Source: Octopus sinensis
Lineage: Eukaryota
Length of the DNA: 64,000 nt
Direction of reading: 5' to 3'
Assembly: GCF_006345805.1 (NCBI RefSeq)
Contig: NC_043009.1
Span: forward strand, 63,302,001-63,366,000
The translations under genes and the position numbers were made by a program. Numbering within the stretch: position 1 is the first letter of the stretch; every line of letters starts with the position of its first letter. This document shows positions 27,749-40,357 of the stretch, one piece after another. Under the pieces are notes generated by a model. The model had not been told where the DNA came from, did no database searches, and saw only the letters and a list, made by a program, of their open reading frames with translations.

Positions 27749-28058
27749 AGGCGTAATGGCCTAGTGGTTAGGGCAGCGGACTCGCGGTTGTAGTATCGTG
27801 GTTTCGATTCCCAGACCGGGCGTTGTGAGTGTTTATAGAGAGAAAACACCTAAAAGCTCTACGAAGCTCCGGCAGGGGGAGGGGGCGATCCCTGCTGTAC
27901 TCTTTCGCCACAACTTTCTCTCACTCTTTCTTTTGTTGGCCTGCTCGCTTAGCCAGCGGGGTGGCGTCATTTGAAGGCTAAAACAATGCAAAGCGCATTG
28001 TGACCAGCGATGTGTAGCAACATCTGATAGCCTGGTCGGTCACGGTGATCACGGTGAT
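27748..28058 (+). mobile_element. Family A head SINE with a third 3' tail
   Basis: Head and body as at 1531, then GTTGGCCTGCTCGCTTAGCCAGCGGGGTGGCG...GGTCACGGTGAT(AT)n. Confidence 0.85.
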
Positions 28059-28339
28059 ATATATATATATATATAAGGGTTTATACATATATATATATAT
28101 AAGGGTTTATTATACCCACACACACACACATATGTATGTATGTATGTATGTGTGTGTGTGGTGCATGTGCAAGTGTGTATGTATCTGTATTTTTCGTTTG
28201 TATTTGTGCCATCTCCATCGCTTGATAACCGGTGTTGGTTAGTTTACATTCCCACCACTTAAAAAGGTTCGGCAAAAAGTCGAAAGCGAACGATATAGTA
28301 AGTACTTCAAAATATGTACTGGGATCGATCTGTTCGACG

Positions 28340-28440
28340 ATGCAGACCCCCCCCCCCCCAGCATGCAAACCCCCTAATGCAGAACCATCCCCCCCACCCC
28401 ATGCAGACCTTCCCAATGCAGACCCCCAGCATGTCCAATG
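28340..28440. repeat. Degenerate ATGCAGACC(C)n minisatellite, about 5-6 units
   Basis: ATGCAGACCC/ATGCAAACCC/ATGCAGAACC units separated by C-runs. Confidence 0.7.
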
Positions 28441-29019
28441 AATGAAGCAAGTAAGTAATAAAAGAACAAAATATAAAATATAAGCACTCAATAATAATGA
28501 TAAAAAAAGGTAAAAAGCAAGGAACTGGTGAAACTTGAACTCTTCCCTTCCGGTTCATTGTCGTATATTTGCAAGCAAGACTTTGCTTTTTGCAATCCTA
28601 TTTAACAACAGAGCGATTGACGTCGCAGATTCAGATGCAATTTTTTTTGTTTCTAGATCTTTCCACGGTATTTAACTTCCATATTTTTTTTTAAAAAAAC
28701 GTTAAGAATTCACGCTTGAATACATTTCCAAGATAATTTGGCAGTTTTCTTGACGCTCAAATTACTTCACACGCAAGTTTCTTATAACAAATACACACAC
28801 GCACACACAGGCACACACACACACTCACACACATAATGTGTAGACAATGTATACACATAAGAGATACACACACACGCACACGTGTAGGTATTTGTATATA
28901 AAACCGCTTTTTGCGATCAGCAGTGGAAGGAGTCTCTTCGATGACAATTACAGGCGGTTGATATTAAGTAGGAGCTATAACTATTCCTCGGCATCACTAA
29001 CCATTTGATAACATTAACT

Positions 29020-29066
<47 letters not shown>

Positions 29067-29328
29067 CCTACGCAAAATACTTTCTATGTAATCTCAAGGT
29101 TTAAAACAAACATAATTTTCGTTTTTTTTTTTTTAAATAAATAAATAAATAATTTTTTTTTTAGACATTCATTAGTACAACACCAAAAACTCCCCCCCCC
29201 CAAATATATGGCACACTAGGCATAACAACAACATGAACTTCCAACCTGTTGTCTCTTGAGGTCTCTGGGTGAAACTTGGAGCCAACTTGTACAAATATAA
29301 AGCAAAAGTCAAACATAGAATAATAATA

Positions 29329-29390
<62 letters not shown>

Positions 29391-29676
29391 AATAATAATA
29401 AATGGCTTCTATTATATACTGTATGGGGTGTCTATCTGGATATCTAGACAGACAGATTAACAAGGCGGCGAAATGGCAGAATCGTTAGCCGATCGGGCAC
29501 AATGCTTAGTGATATTTCGTTCTCCTTTACGTTCTAGGTTCAAATGCTGCTGGGGGTTGATTTTGCCTTTCATCCTTTCGGGGTCGATAAAATATGTACC
29601 ACTTGAGCACTGTGGTCTATGTAACCGACTTACCGTCTCACACGAAATTGCTGGCCTTGTGGCAATTATTATTATT

Positions 29677-30029
29677 AACGCTTTTGCACAGCCTCTAACG
29701 CTGGAGATGTACTACAGTGTCAGCTGTTCACTACCAGTAAACTGAGGTAACACCTTATTTTTCGAGTGCCTTCCGGAGTATTCGAGCAGTTCCAAGCAGT
29801 GCTGTTTTCTGCAAGTGATCAACTCTTATGGCAGCCCTAATTGTTCCATGTACTTCTCAAGATTTTTACTCACTGTTCCCAGGGCTTTGACAATTATTGG
29901 TACTACTACCACCTTTTTCATCGACCACAACTGCTTAACCTCCCAAGCTAACCTGTCATATATATCGACTTTTCTTTCTTTCTTAACGCATACATTGTAA
30001 TCAGCTGGGCATGCTATATCTATGATCCA
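29677..30029 (-). mobile_element. 5'-truncated R4/Dong-clade non-LTR retrotransposon (restriction-like endonuclease C-terminus)
   Basis: Minus frame WIIDIACPADYNVCVKKERKVDIYDRLAWEVKQLWSMKKVVVVPIIVKALGTVSKNLEKYMEQL matches the RLE motif (IDxAxP..EKExKxxKYxxL..E...LW....VVPIVIGALG). (TAA)n flanks both ends. Confidence 0.85.
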
Positions 30030-30045
30030 TTATTATTATTATTAC

Positions 30046-30083
<38 letters not shown>

Positions 30084-30106
30084 TATTATTATTATTATTA
30101 TTATTA

Positions 30107-30280
30107 TCGTCTTTGCACACCTTCTAACGCTGGAGATGTACTACGGTGCCAGCTGTTCACTACCAGTGAACTAAGGCAACACCCCTTGTTTTTCGAGCAC
30201 CATCCGGAGTATTCGAGCGGTTCCAAGCAGTACTGTTCTCTGCAAGTGCTCCTCTCTTATTACAGCCCTATTTGTTCCAT

Positions 30281-30281
<1 letters not shown>
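30107..30281 (-). mobile_element. Second, shorter R4/Dong 3' fragment
   Basis: HLQRTVLLGTARILRMVLE matches the typical LQKAALLGTARILRKVL terminus; the 3' UTR is homologous to 29677-29800. Confidence 0.85.
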
Positions 30282-30336
<55 letters not shown>

Positions 30337-31531
30337 ATCATCATCATCATCATCATCATCATTATTATAATTTCGCGGGATGTTGAGAAAATATATGTGT
30401 ATATAGTACGTGTAATGGTTAGATTATGTAAACATTTGCTAGCGTGAGCTGCAGAGCGCACGATCATTCTGAGACTACTGTTAACTAATGATAGAGAGCC
30501 TTTGTTTGGTGTATCGAGTATTCAATTCAAGAAAGACTTGGCGTAACGACACACGCCTGAAAGCGAAAAGCAATATGCTAATGACTTACATAATAAACCA
30601 GTCTTTTCCAAAATAGTCTCTACTCCTCCTTCTAAAGGCAGTGAAGGAAGGCAGAGGTGGTGGAAAGCAAGGAGATCATTCACCTCTGCCACGGCACACG
30701 ATATATTCATTTATCTGTACGTAACATCAGACAGCCTTCATTTATATTTCATGAATACACATACACATGCCATACGTACATAAGCTACATTGTATTCAAG
30801 GTTGCCAACGGTTCTTAGTGAGCGGGAAAACCCAGACAAGCGCTCCAAAATCCCAAGTCCCTCACGTGTAGTAAAATGACCTAACCTTCTACAGACCACA
30901 ATATTAATTTATTAATCATGAAACACTCGACTATTAAATATTATTCATAAAATAATCATGGTATAACCTTAAAAGCAATAATTTTACTATCGAAGTTAAG
31001 CTTTCTTCTATATTTATTATATGCTATTGTTTCTGTAAGAATCTGCAACAGTCTATCCAATTGTGGTAATCAAGTTTCATTTTTAAAATATATAACGATA
31101 GATCGTTGTAAAATTACAGAAGGAGAGCATGCCAAATACCAAAAATTGACCTTCAAATGTATCAAACACATATTTGGTTGAGCTACGTAGAATCATATCT
31201 GAGAGATTTCGAAATTCTGTTTTTCTTTTTGTTATATGGGACTGACTGATAAACCAAGTTATGAAAAAAAAATCAGGAATAGTGGAGGAATCACTCCAAA
31301 TAATATTGAGTTGAGGCCGAAGATTTTTTTTTTAAATTCATATAATGATATGGAAAATATTTCTGATTGCTTCTCTGCTCTTTGGAACAAAGTCAAGATG
31401 TATCATATTCAGTAGTGCCACGCTTCAATAGAATGTTCCACCTCCTTTCGAAGCAGAGAAAGAGACTGGGAATTATTGAACTCGAAAATCTAAAACACTT
31501 TCTTATTAAACAACAACAGCATGGAGTTTTG

Positions 31532-31720
31532 TCAGTGAACAGGTCGCGGTCTCAGAGCGACGAAAATATTTTGACAAATTAAATTAAAATGTTGAAGTGA
31601 ATCTAACGGTTTTTGTGTTTTCAAATGGCTTATAAACACCTCCCACGCTGCAATTGTTTTCGTTCCCGCACACGATCACAGATCAGGTCACTTGCTATGC
31701 ATGTACATCTCCGTAACTTT
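31532..31720. mobile_element. Half copy of the 4380-4735 foldback element
   Basis: CAGTGAACAGGTCGCGGTCTCAGAGCGACGAAAATATTTTGACAAATT... matches 4543-4730. Confidence 0.8.
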
Positions 31721-33864
31721 CTTATTACTTTCTCGCTTGATGTAGTGAAGCTGATTTCCCTACACCAAGTTCCACCCATCCCAACAAAACTGTGACTTTA
31801 TTGAGATCCGTTTTATGTGAAAATACAAAGGTTTATTTATAGTGTTGAATAACTTGCTTTAAAGTTTTTAATTTACACTAGATCTAATACCAAGAAAAGC
31901 TAGTGTGTTCATAGCATGTGTGGATGAGGCTGCAAGGAATGTGATGTAGGAACCAAGAGAACATCAGTTGGTGAAACTTTGAGAAGCACTGTAATAGATT
32001 ATCAAAAAATCATAATTAAAGAGCTTCAGTGATAGATTCTCGCTAAAACTCTTTGACACCTCCATAAAAGCACGCTGCTGTGACTGTTGGAGAAAATAAA
32101 AATATAAAGTTACTAGTTAATACTTAAGAACGCATATTTCAGCAATACTATTACAATTTCTGTGTTTACATGTTATCGTAATGTACGAGTACGCATATAC
32201 TCATTCGATATGTATTCGACTATGAACGTAAACGATACATAGGCATGACTGAATGGCTCTTCAAGAATTTTACAAGCTTACTTCCTCCGTTAAATTCATA
32301 GATAAGATAAATATGACAAAATTTGCCGACAACATTTGATAATTAAAATAAGAGCCTTTTAATTTTCAAAACCTTATACAAGGCTCTAAAAGAATGGAAA
32401 TAAAGATATGAAGCATGCAGACCAGAACAATGCTTCATCCTCGAAAATCCGCATGAACAAGACCTGTACTTCAAAAGCAGGGCAAAATATTTCGTGAAAT
32501 ATTGACATTTTGAGAAGCATCTATTACGAAATTGTGTCGTACGGCCTATACAAAATTAACTTCTTTCAAGCAAACATACACACAACATACTCATGGAAAT
32601 ACGCATGAGCATGCAGCTTATATTCATCATTGTTTTTTTCTATTAATCCATCTTTTCTGACTTTAACCTACGACAGATTTATTTATTTTCCCCAATGATC
32701 TTGAGATTTTATTATATTGTTATAGGGAAATGCTTTATCTCATGCGCACACATATGTGTGTTTGTGTGTGGTGGGGTGTATGTGCATTAGTAAAATAAAT
32801 TGGGTTTTTAACGTTGCTTTCGAATAAAAACAAGACGTTGTGTTTGTTAATATAAGCAACAAAGTGAAATCCGGACTTAACAACGATGGAAGCCTCATTT
32901 TCTTCCTTATTTTTTATCTTTTTTTATTGATAGTATTTCAAATGACTCTGGATATTGAGTACTTTAAATTTGACTGCTTGAATTGCTAGTAAAACAATAA
33001 TTTTTCTTTCCCCATCCCCGCCAGCAAAAAAAAAAGTTCGGTTTCGTTTCAGACAGACGTCGTATGTTTGTGTAAACAATGATATGTATGTGAGCGGGCG
33101 GATGTGTGTGTGTTGTTTACATACACGCACACACGTCTGTACGCACGTCTATACGCACGAATGTTCAGATTTGGCTTTAAAGCTGTCTACTGGGGTGTCG
33201 TTTCTGTGTGCGCCTGTCCATCTGTTTTGATGGGCTCAAACCATTTTACCTTTTGTTATGTTGGCCTAATTGGAACAGCGCCTTAGTGACATTATAAAAT
33301 AAGCAAGGCGCTCACATTCTGACTGAAACGGGCATAGATCGAAACACAACACGTGTACACTACCTTACCACATAATTTTCTATTTGTTTTCTCTTAAGTT
33401 TGAGAAATTAAATGGTAACAGGTGACCCCTAGATGTGATTGGACTATTGTTTCAGCAATTTCCAAGCAGACCTTATTTGTTTGTTTATTTATATTTACTT
33501 CTAAAGTAATCTAATTCGAAATTGCGATCAGATTTGACGTCTATGAGTGTGTGACCAACCACACAGACATACAGACGTATGCGTATGTGTGTGTGTGTGT
33601 GTGTGTGGTGTGTGTGTGTGTGTGGTGTGTGTGTGTGTGTGTGGTGTACAGAGTCAGTAACTGTTTGTTGTTCTTTGCTAATCTATCTTCAGTCAAAGTT
33701 TCAAAGAAGGGGGCGCTTCAAGACTATTCTCTTGATTTGTCAAAATATACATTTAGTACAATAGGCTTTGATTTATGGTCAATGCTACATTCCGATAACT
33801 ACCGACACAACCAGATACGTATATACGCATCTTCATACATACACGCGTACGCACGTGCGCACAC

Positions 33865-33930
<66 letters not shown>

Positions 33931-34199
33931 GCATACTCACACACACACACACACGCACACAAATTCTCTCTACCTCCCACACAAACACGCAACTACTAAC
34001 AAAAGCAAACACTGAAATACACACGCCGACATGCAACACTTCGTTTCCTTACAAGCACTTACACAAATTGAGCATTCAAACATACAACTACACACACACA
34101 CCACACACACACACACACACAACACGTATACACACACAGCACGCATACACACACATACATACGCACGCATAGCCATACACACACAAATACACGCATACA

Positions 34200-34365
34200 C
34201 ACATACACAGAAACGCATGCAAAAATACACACACGCACACATACGCACACATACATACACACATACACAGAAGCGCATACAAAAATACACACACGCACGC
34301 ATACGCACACATACACAGAAACGCATGCAAAAATACACACACGCACACATACGCACACACACACA
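34200..34365. repeat. Higher-order (CA)-derived minisatellite, three units of about 50-60 bp
   Basis: ATACACAGAA.CGCAT.CAAAAATACACACACGCAC occurs three times. Confidence 0.85.
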
Positions 34366-35485
34366 TAAACACATACATAAACATCAGTCACAACAACACC
34401 GAGGGCGGCTTCTGCGACGACGACGACTACACCCCTCCCATCAACCCCCCCCCCCACCATTCCTACCTCAGTCACACATTTTCATTCCCGGACAATCAAC
34501 CGATTTCCATACAAGACACAATGTGTGTTCCATGATTGATTTCAGTATCTAAGTGCGAGGTTTAAATGAAATAGGTTGGCGTTGTTGATGTTTCACGCGA
34601 ACCTTCGTAAGCGCTGGGTTGACAGGAAATAGTGGCGACATCTATGAGCAGAATGATAATGAAGACAGGAAAGGCCACGAGCTGGCAGAAACGTTAGCAC
34701 GCCGGCCGAAATGCGTAGCCGTATTTCGTCTGTCGTTATGTTCTGAGTTCAAATTCCGCCGAGGTCGACTTTGCCTTTCATCCTTACGGATGAAGAAGAC
34801 ATACAACAGCAAAGGTGTAGCGTTCGAATAAAGGCAGGTGTTTTACTTTGTTATAAAGTGGATTTGGTTGACGGAAACTGAAAGAAGCCGTCGCATGTTT
34901 GTGTGTGTGTGCGCGCGCGCGCGTGTTTGTCCTCCATCAGCGCTTAACAAACGGTATTGGCGTGTTTACATCCCCGTCAGCGGTTCGGCAAAAGAGACAC
35001 CGACAGAATAAGTACCAGGCTTAACAAAAATAAATAAATAAAATAATAATAATAATAAAATAAAATAAAATACTGGGGTCGATTCATTCGACTAAAAATT
35101 CTACAAGGCGGTGCCCCAGCATGGCCGCAGTCTAATGACTGAAACCGGTGAAAGATAAGAGATAATTCGGTAGAGTTTATTGGAAAAGACAAACGAAGTT
35201 TAACTGCGAACAGCCGTACACTTCCACGTGAACTCCATTGCTTGCATGCAACCAGATTGTAAAGATGTTTTATGGCTACCCTGTAGATTACGCATTTTGC
35301 TGGTGTTTTGTTACGCGCGTGTGGAAAAATTGTCTTGCATGAAATCAAAGTCTATGGTGCCCAAAAGGCTGGGGTCCGCTGGTATAAGGGATATTTACAT
35401 GTTAGATTGTATCAACAGCAGTTTCAACTATTCAGGTCTATACTATTATTATTATCTGTTGTACTATTATAGCAATACTAATATA

Positions 35486-35760
35486 TTGTTGTGTGAGGGG
35501 AGAGTCATTCTTTTTGAGTGCCTTATTATTTAACACACTCATCGGTTAAGTTTCCACTCACTTATGATTGGAAACTTTACCGGTGGCTGTGTTAAATAAT
35601 AAGGCAATAAATGAGAATGACTCTCTCCTCACACAACAAAATATGCTTCAACGCACGAACTCACATAAAGAATCTTGCAAACCAAATCCAAAAACGAAAT
35701 ACTAATATCACTGTTTAGAAATAGTACTGTTCGTGGTGAAACCTTTGTTGCGTGAAACAT
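35486..35760. mobile_element. Repeat with 71-bp inverted arms (35486-35556 / 35569-35639); right half recurs at about 62390-62520
   Basis: GAATGACTCTCTCC..ACACAACA.AATATGCTTCAAC.CACGAACTCA.ATAAAGAATCTTGCAAACCAAATCC is shared with 62430-62515. Confidence 0.7.
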
Positions 35761-35955
35761 GTGTAATGCACGGGTGTGTAGTTTTTAATTGATTGCAAAC
35801 ACAAAACCACAAATTGGTTTTTAGAGCAAGACTAGAAATACATACATTAAATATCTATTTATATACACGTGTGTGTGTGTGTGTGTTTACACATGTGTGC
35901 GTTAGTGGCAGTACTAAACATAGATAGATAGACAGACAAAAACAGATAGACAGAC

Positions 35956-36028
<73 letters not shown>

Positions 36029-36090
36029 CGAAGGGCTCTGACCGATGATAACAATCAACTTCCTAAACAAATATATTACACCTCTGTGTG

Positions 36091-36170
<80 letters not shown>

Positions 36171-36198
36171 TCATTTTCATAGCATATTTTGATTGCCT

Positions 36199-36264
36199 CC
36201 ATAACTGAAGAGATGACGGGGCAGGTTTCCGCCTCGACATCCGAAACTCTGAGTTTTATTATGG
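36199..36264 (+). ncRNA. Type I hammerhead ribozyme-like motif with canonical core
   Basis: (cc)ataa-CTGAAGA-GATG[..GGGGC..GCCTC..]CATC-c-GAAA-CTC.T.GAG-TT/-ttat(tatgg). Stems I, II and III are all formable; cleavage triplet GUU; lies in a roughly 200-bp unit between two (TA)n tracts. Confidence 0.65.
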
Positions 36265-37745
36265 GAATCGAATAATTGTCACATATTATGTTACAGATAA
36301 ATTCCTCTATTTACATAATATCGAGATCTCTTTCACTTTTTTGTTGTCTTACCATTACTATTAATATATATATATATGCCTTTCAGATATTATGCTCTCC
36401 GCCTCACACGCAGTGCTTTTGTTACAATTTTAGTATGGCCTTTCTGTTGTTACAACACCATTCATAGCAAGGAAATTTTATTACATCGAGGATATACTGA
36501 TTGTTAATGCTGATAGAAACACCACCCCTGGTGGTTGGTGTTCCTGCTGGTAGGTATTTACAATATGTGACATTTTATTTCCTATTTAGTTATGACACCC
36601 GAATATACTCCTGGTACGCGAAGATATATTGGCGTACGTTGTGTGTCTGAATAAAATGGAACCCACAACTAATTAGGCGTGACTGGTCTCTCTCTTGTCT
36701 TTGGTCACTGGTGAGCAGCAGACACGATCTAGAAAAACTCCTGTGTTACGATGCTGAAAGATTATTGCTTGTACGGAGAGAGGAAAAGCGAGGAAGAACG
36801 TTGGAAGAAAGAGTCTCGTAGTATTTTGGTTGGTGAAAGACGAGTATATATGGTCGTGCGCGTGTGTGTATATGCATATGGCAATGAGTGGATATCAGTG
36901 TTTGTATGCTTGGTCGTTTCTATATGGATGAGTGGGTAGCTGCGTATATCGTATGTTTGTATATGTATACGAGGTTGTATATGGAAATGAATGGCTGGTT
37001 GTATATTTGTGTGCTGGTGGGCGTATGATCGGGTGGGTGTATATCTGTGTGTTTATACGCGTGTAAAAGGATAGTTAGATATCTGTGTATTATTGTTTGT
37101 TTGTAAGTGAATGACTGACTGGCTGCTTATATTTGCTTGTGTGTAGATGTGCGACAGTGTTTGTGAGGATGGGCAGTAATGGAGTGGCGTATGGTAGTTG
37201 CTCTAATGGATAGGCTGCCACGCCAAATGCCACCAAATTTCAAGCAGGGGCAGGGCGAAAGCTTTCCATTAAGATTTGTGATTAAATTAATGAGGAAGGC
37301 TAAACTTTTATAATGAATTTGCCATTTCCGATGAGTGTGTAGTGCACACCTAGCACACCCGGATTATACGCCCCTTGTAGTATGAGTATGCATGTGTGTG
37401 TGTCTGTAGGTGTACTAGTTGGTGGGTGTTACCAATCACATGATTCCAGGTTCAGTCCCACTGCGTGGCATCTTGGACAAGTGTCTTCTACTATGGCCTT
37501 GGGCCAACTAAAGTCTTATGAGTGTATTTGGTGGACGGAAACTGAAAGAAGTCTGTCCTATATATTCGTGTGTGTGTGTGTGTATGTGTGTGTGTGTGTA
37601 TGTGCTTTGTCTCTGTGATTGTCGCCCACATCTGCCGTGTGGCAAACTGTGCACTGTTCATACAATGTCAATTTGAATGGCGGGAGTGAGCTCATTTAGA
37701 GCACAAACATTTGGTCACTATAAACAAGTCATATGTGAAGGTTGT

Positions 37746-37800
<55 letters not shown>

Positions 37801-37873
37801 GTCTGTCTATCTGTCTATCTATCTACATACCTATCTATCTATCTATCTATCTGTTTGTCTGTCTGACTGTCTG

Positions 37874-37905
<32 letters not shown>

Positions 37906-38422
37906 CGGAATAAGCACGTTGTTACCGAAATGAAATTCGAAAAAGCCCGCCATTTACATAGATGTATAAAGGGTGAACATTTCTATATGCTACGTTGGAT
38001 ACATTGGTTGCTCATCTGGTATGTTGATTTTGTTCATTCGTTATAAACATTGAATTATGATTAAAAAGCGCATTACTGCACTAGTTATGAAATCGCGGTG
38101 ATCTGCAGCTAAATTCCGTTTTTAAATGACTTGCTTCGAGAGTTGCATTCGGTATGATGTGTTTATTTATTTTGGTAGTTTTGGCTTTAAGAGTTCCTCC
38201 TAGCGTGTGGCATTTATGTATAGTAATGCCCTCTATATAATATAAATAAATATATTTAAGTGAAAAAATTGGTGGATTTCACGCTAACTACTTGATAAAT
38301 TCTTATAAAGATTTTATCCTATTTTTAAACTATATATATATTTTAAAAATGAAACCACATGTGAATCGTTGGCGACTTTTTTCCACCGTCTTCCTTTTCT
38401 CTTGAACTTTCCCCTGTCTCCT

Positions 38423-38457
38423 GTTTCCGAAGAAGAGCTTTGCTCGAAACGTAAAGC
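38423..38457 (+). ncRNA. Minimal type I hammerhead-like motif (U4C, extra A, palindromic ACGT stem III)
   Basis: gttt-CCGAAGA-A-GAGC-ttt-GCTC-GAAA-CG-TA/-aagc; triplet GUA. Confidence 0.55.
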
Positions 38458-38584
38458 CACCTTTCTTTTCTTCCCTGAGCGTCTGCTAATACTTTGTATG
38501 TACCACATCCTCGCGTTGTTGCTTTTTTTTTCTCGTGTTTGTTCTTCGCATTTTTGGATTTACTATATATATATATATCATATA

Positions 38585-38725
38585 TATCATATCTTGTTTG
38601 TTGCTATCACAACGTTTCGGCGGATATACTCTCCAGCCTTCATCAGGAGTCTTGGGGAAATTTCGAAGCTGGGTTCTGATTCCTAAGGTATTTTTCGATG
38701 TTATTATTATTATTATTATTATTAT

Positions 38726-38802
<77 letters not shown>

Positions 38803-38879
38803 TTCAGGTAAGTGTCTGGAATCGAAATCGGAATCTTGGGATTAGTAGCCCGCGCTCTTAACCACTACGCCATATGCCC
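38585..38879 (-). mobile_element. tRNA-headed SINE-like unit with (TAC)n(TAA)n middle and a hammerhead-like 3' part, ending at (TA)n
   Basis: Minus strand GGGCATATGGCGTAGTGGTTAAGAGCGCGGGCTACTAATCCCAAGATTCCGATTTCGATTCC (A-box exact, B-box-like), then a microsatellite, then a CTGATGA...GAAACGTT motif. Confidence 0.65.
38607..38650 (-). ncRNA. Hammerhead-like motif with weak stem I
   Basis: actc-CTGATGA-A-GGC(t)GGA-gagtata-TCC-GCC-GAAA-CG-TT/-gtga. Core and stem II are good, but only 2 of 4 stem I pairs form in this copy. Confidence 0.45.
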
Positions 38880-39873
38880 GCCGTGTAGAACTGAATGTTT
38901 GTGTTCGAATGGGCGTATGTATATATTTGTATATATATATATATTGTATATATTTGTATTGTAGGTATGTATTAGGATGTTTGGGCGTTTGTGCATGTCT
39001 ATGCAGATATGTGGATCTTTGTGCGTACGTGCGTACGCATGTATGTGTGTATGTATGGATTGGAATATGCGGATGTCCATTTATGTTTGTGTATTTATAA
39101 GAGTATGTTAGTTCGTGTATCGGGAATGGGTGTACTTGTCGGTGAAATGATTAAGTGTTTGTATATAATATATACAAACGGGTGGGTGTTCGTCTGTTTA
39201 GCTATATGTAAGGGAATGTGTGTGTGTTGTGTGTGGGTGTGTCTACGTATGTCTGTTTGTTTGTGTGTATGTGTATAGTAATTGATGGCTGTTTATGTAT
39301 ACCTCGTACTGAGAATTAAACGCAAATTCAAGGAAATGTTGGCGTTTGTAATCCTTTTGAGTCCATCCTTGCATGCGTGTATGTATACGGCTTATGTAAC
39401 TGTACGTATCTGTGCGCTCTTAGTGTATCCATGTGTCTACTTGTGTATTAGTAACATTGTATATGATGGTGTGTACGTGTGTGTGTATTTATAAGTGAGT
39501 TTGAAGGGATGCATTACCCGAGTGGATACCGTATTAGCTCTCAGTTAAATTCCAGTTAACGGCTAACCACTACGGTCAGTATTTAACGTCCGTGAGTACA
39601 ATTTGTCGCCAGTCACTCTGTGAATTCTTCCGAATGGTAATTCCGTGTACACTTCGCTGAACGGTAAAAATTTTCTGGAGTATATGTTAATATTAATAAG
39701 AATAAAGAGTATGGTGGAGACTTGTACATCCACAAAATATATTTTACAGTTATAAACAGCATATTATAATGACCTACATGTGTTTCCGCTGCATCAAATA
39801 TTAAATCAATTTGAAAAGAAATTGAAGAGATTGAAAATTGGCAGCCAACCAGGAAAGGTCTGCATATTATAAT

Positions 39874-39958
39874 GACCTACACGTGTTTCCGCTGCAGCGA
39901 CTACTCACTGTTGGAAAATGCAACCTTGCATTATTGTCGGTGCAGCTTCATCAGGGTC
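39874..39958 (-). ncRNA. Type I hammerhead-like motif in the left arm
   Basis: gacc-CTGATGA-A-GCTGCA[...]TGCAGC-G-GAAA-CACGTG-TA/-ggtc. Perfect 4-bp stem I, palindromic ACACGTGT stem III, triplet GUA, A.G mismatch at the base of stem II. Confidence 0.55.
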
Positions 39959-40273
39959 TGTCCATTTGGTCATCTCCAAAGTGAGCTGATGGAAGTAGAT
40001 TTTGTTAGTGTTCTGTAGGAGGTGGGGGTTGTTATTTATAAGCATGTACTACTGACCTCAAATTCACACCAGTTGCTGTCCGACAAAGAACCTTACAAAA
40101 ACACAAATTCGACCATGACCTATTTTTGACCAAACCCTAACTTTGAGCAGCGACTGGTGTGAATTTGAGGTCAGCAGCACGTGCTTATAAATAACAACTC
40201 CCACCCCAACTCCTACAGAACTCTAACAAAAATCTACTTCAATCAGTTCATTTCGAAGATGACCAAATGGACG

Positions 40274-40357
40274 GAACCTGATGAAGCTGCATTAACAATA
40301 ATGCAATGTTGCTTTTCCAACAGTGAGTAATCGCTGCAGCGGAAACACGTGTAGGTC
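40274..40357 (+). ncRNA. Mirror hammerhead-like motif in the right arm
   Basis: gaac-CTGATGA-A-GCTGCA...TGCAGC-G-GAAA-CACGTG-TA/-ggtc; stem I has one mismatch. Confidence 0.5.

Noticed and set aside
38813-38879. Genuine tRNA gene (also considered for the heads at 1531, 12786 and 27748)
   Set aside because: The acceptor stem cannot be completed and each head runs into a repeat body, so they are SINE heads.
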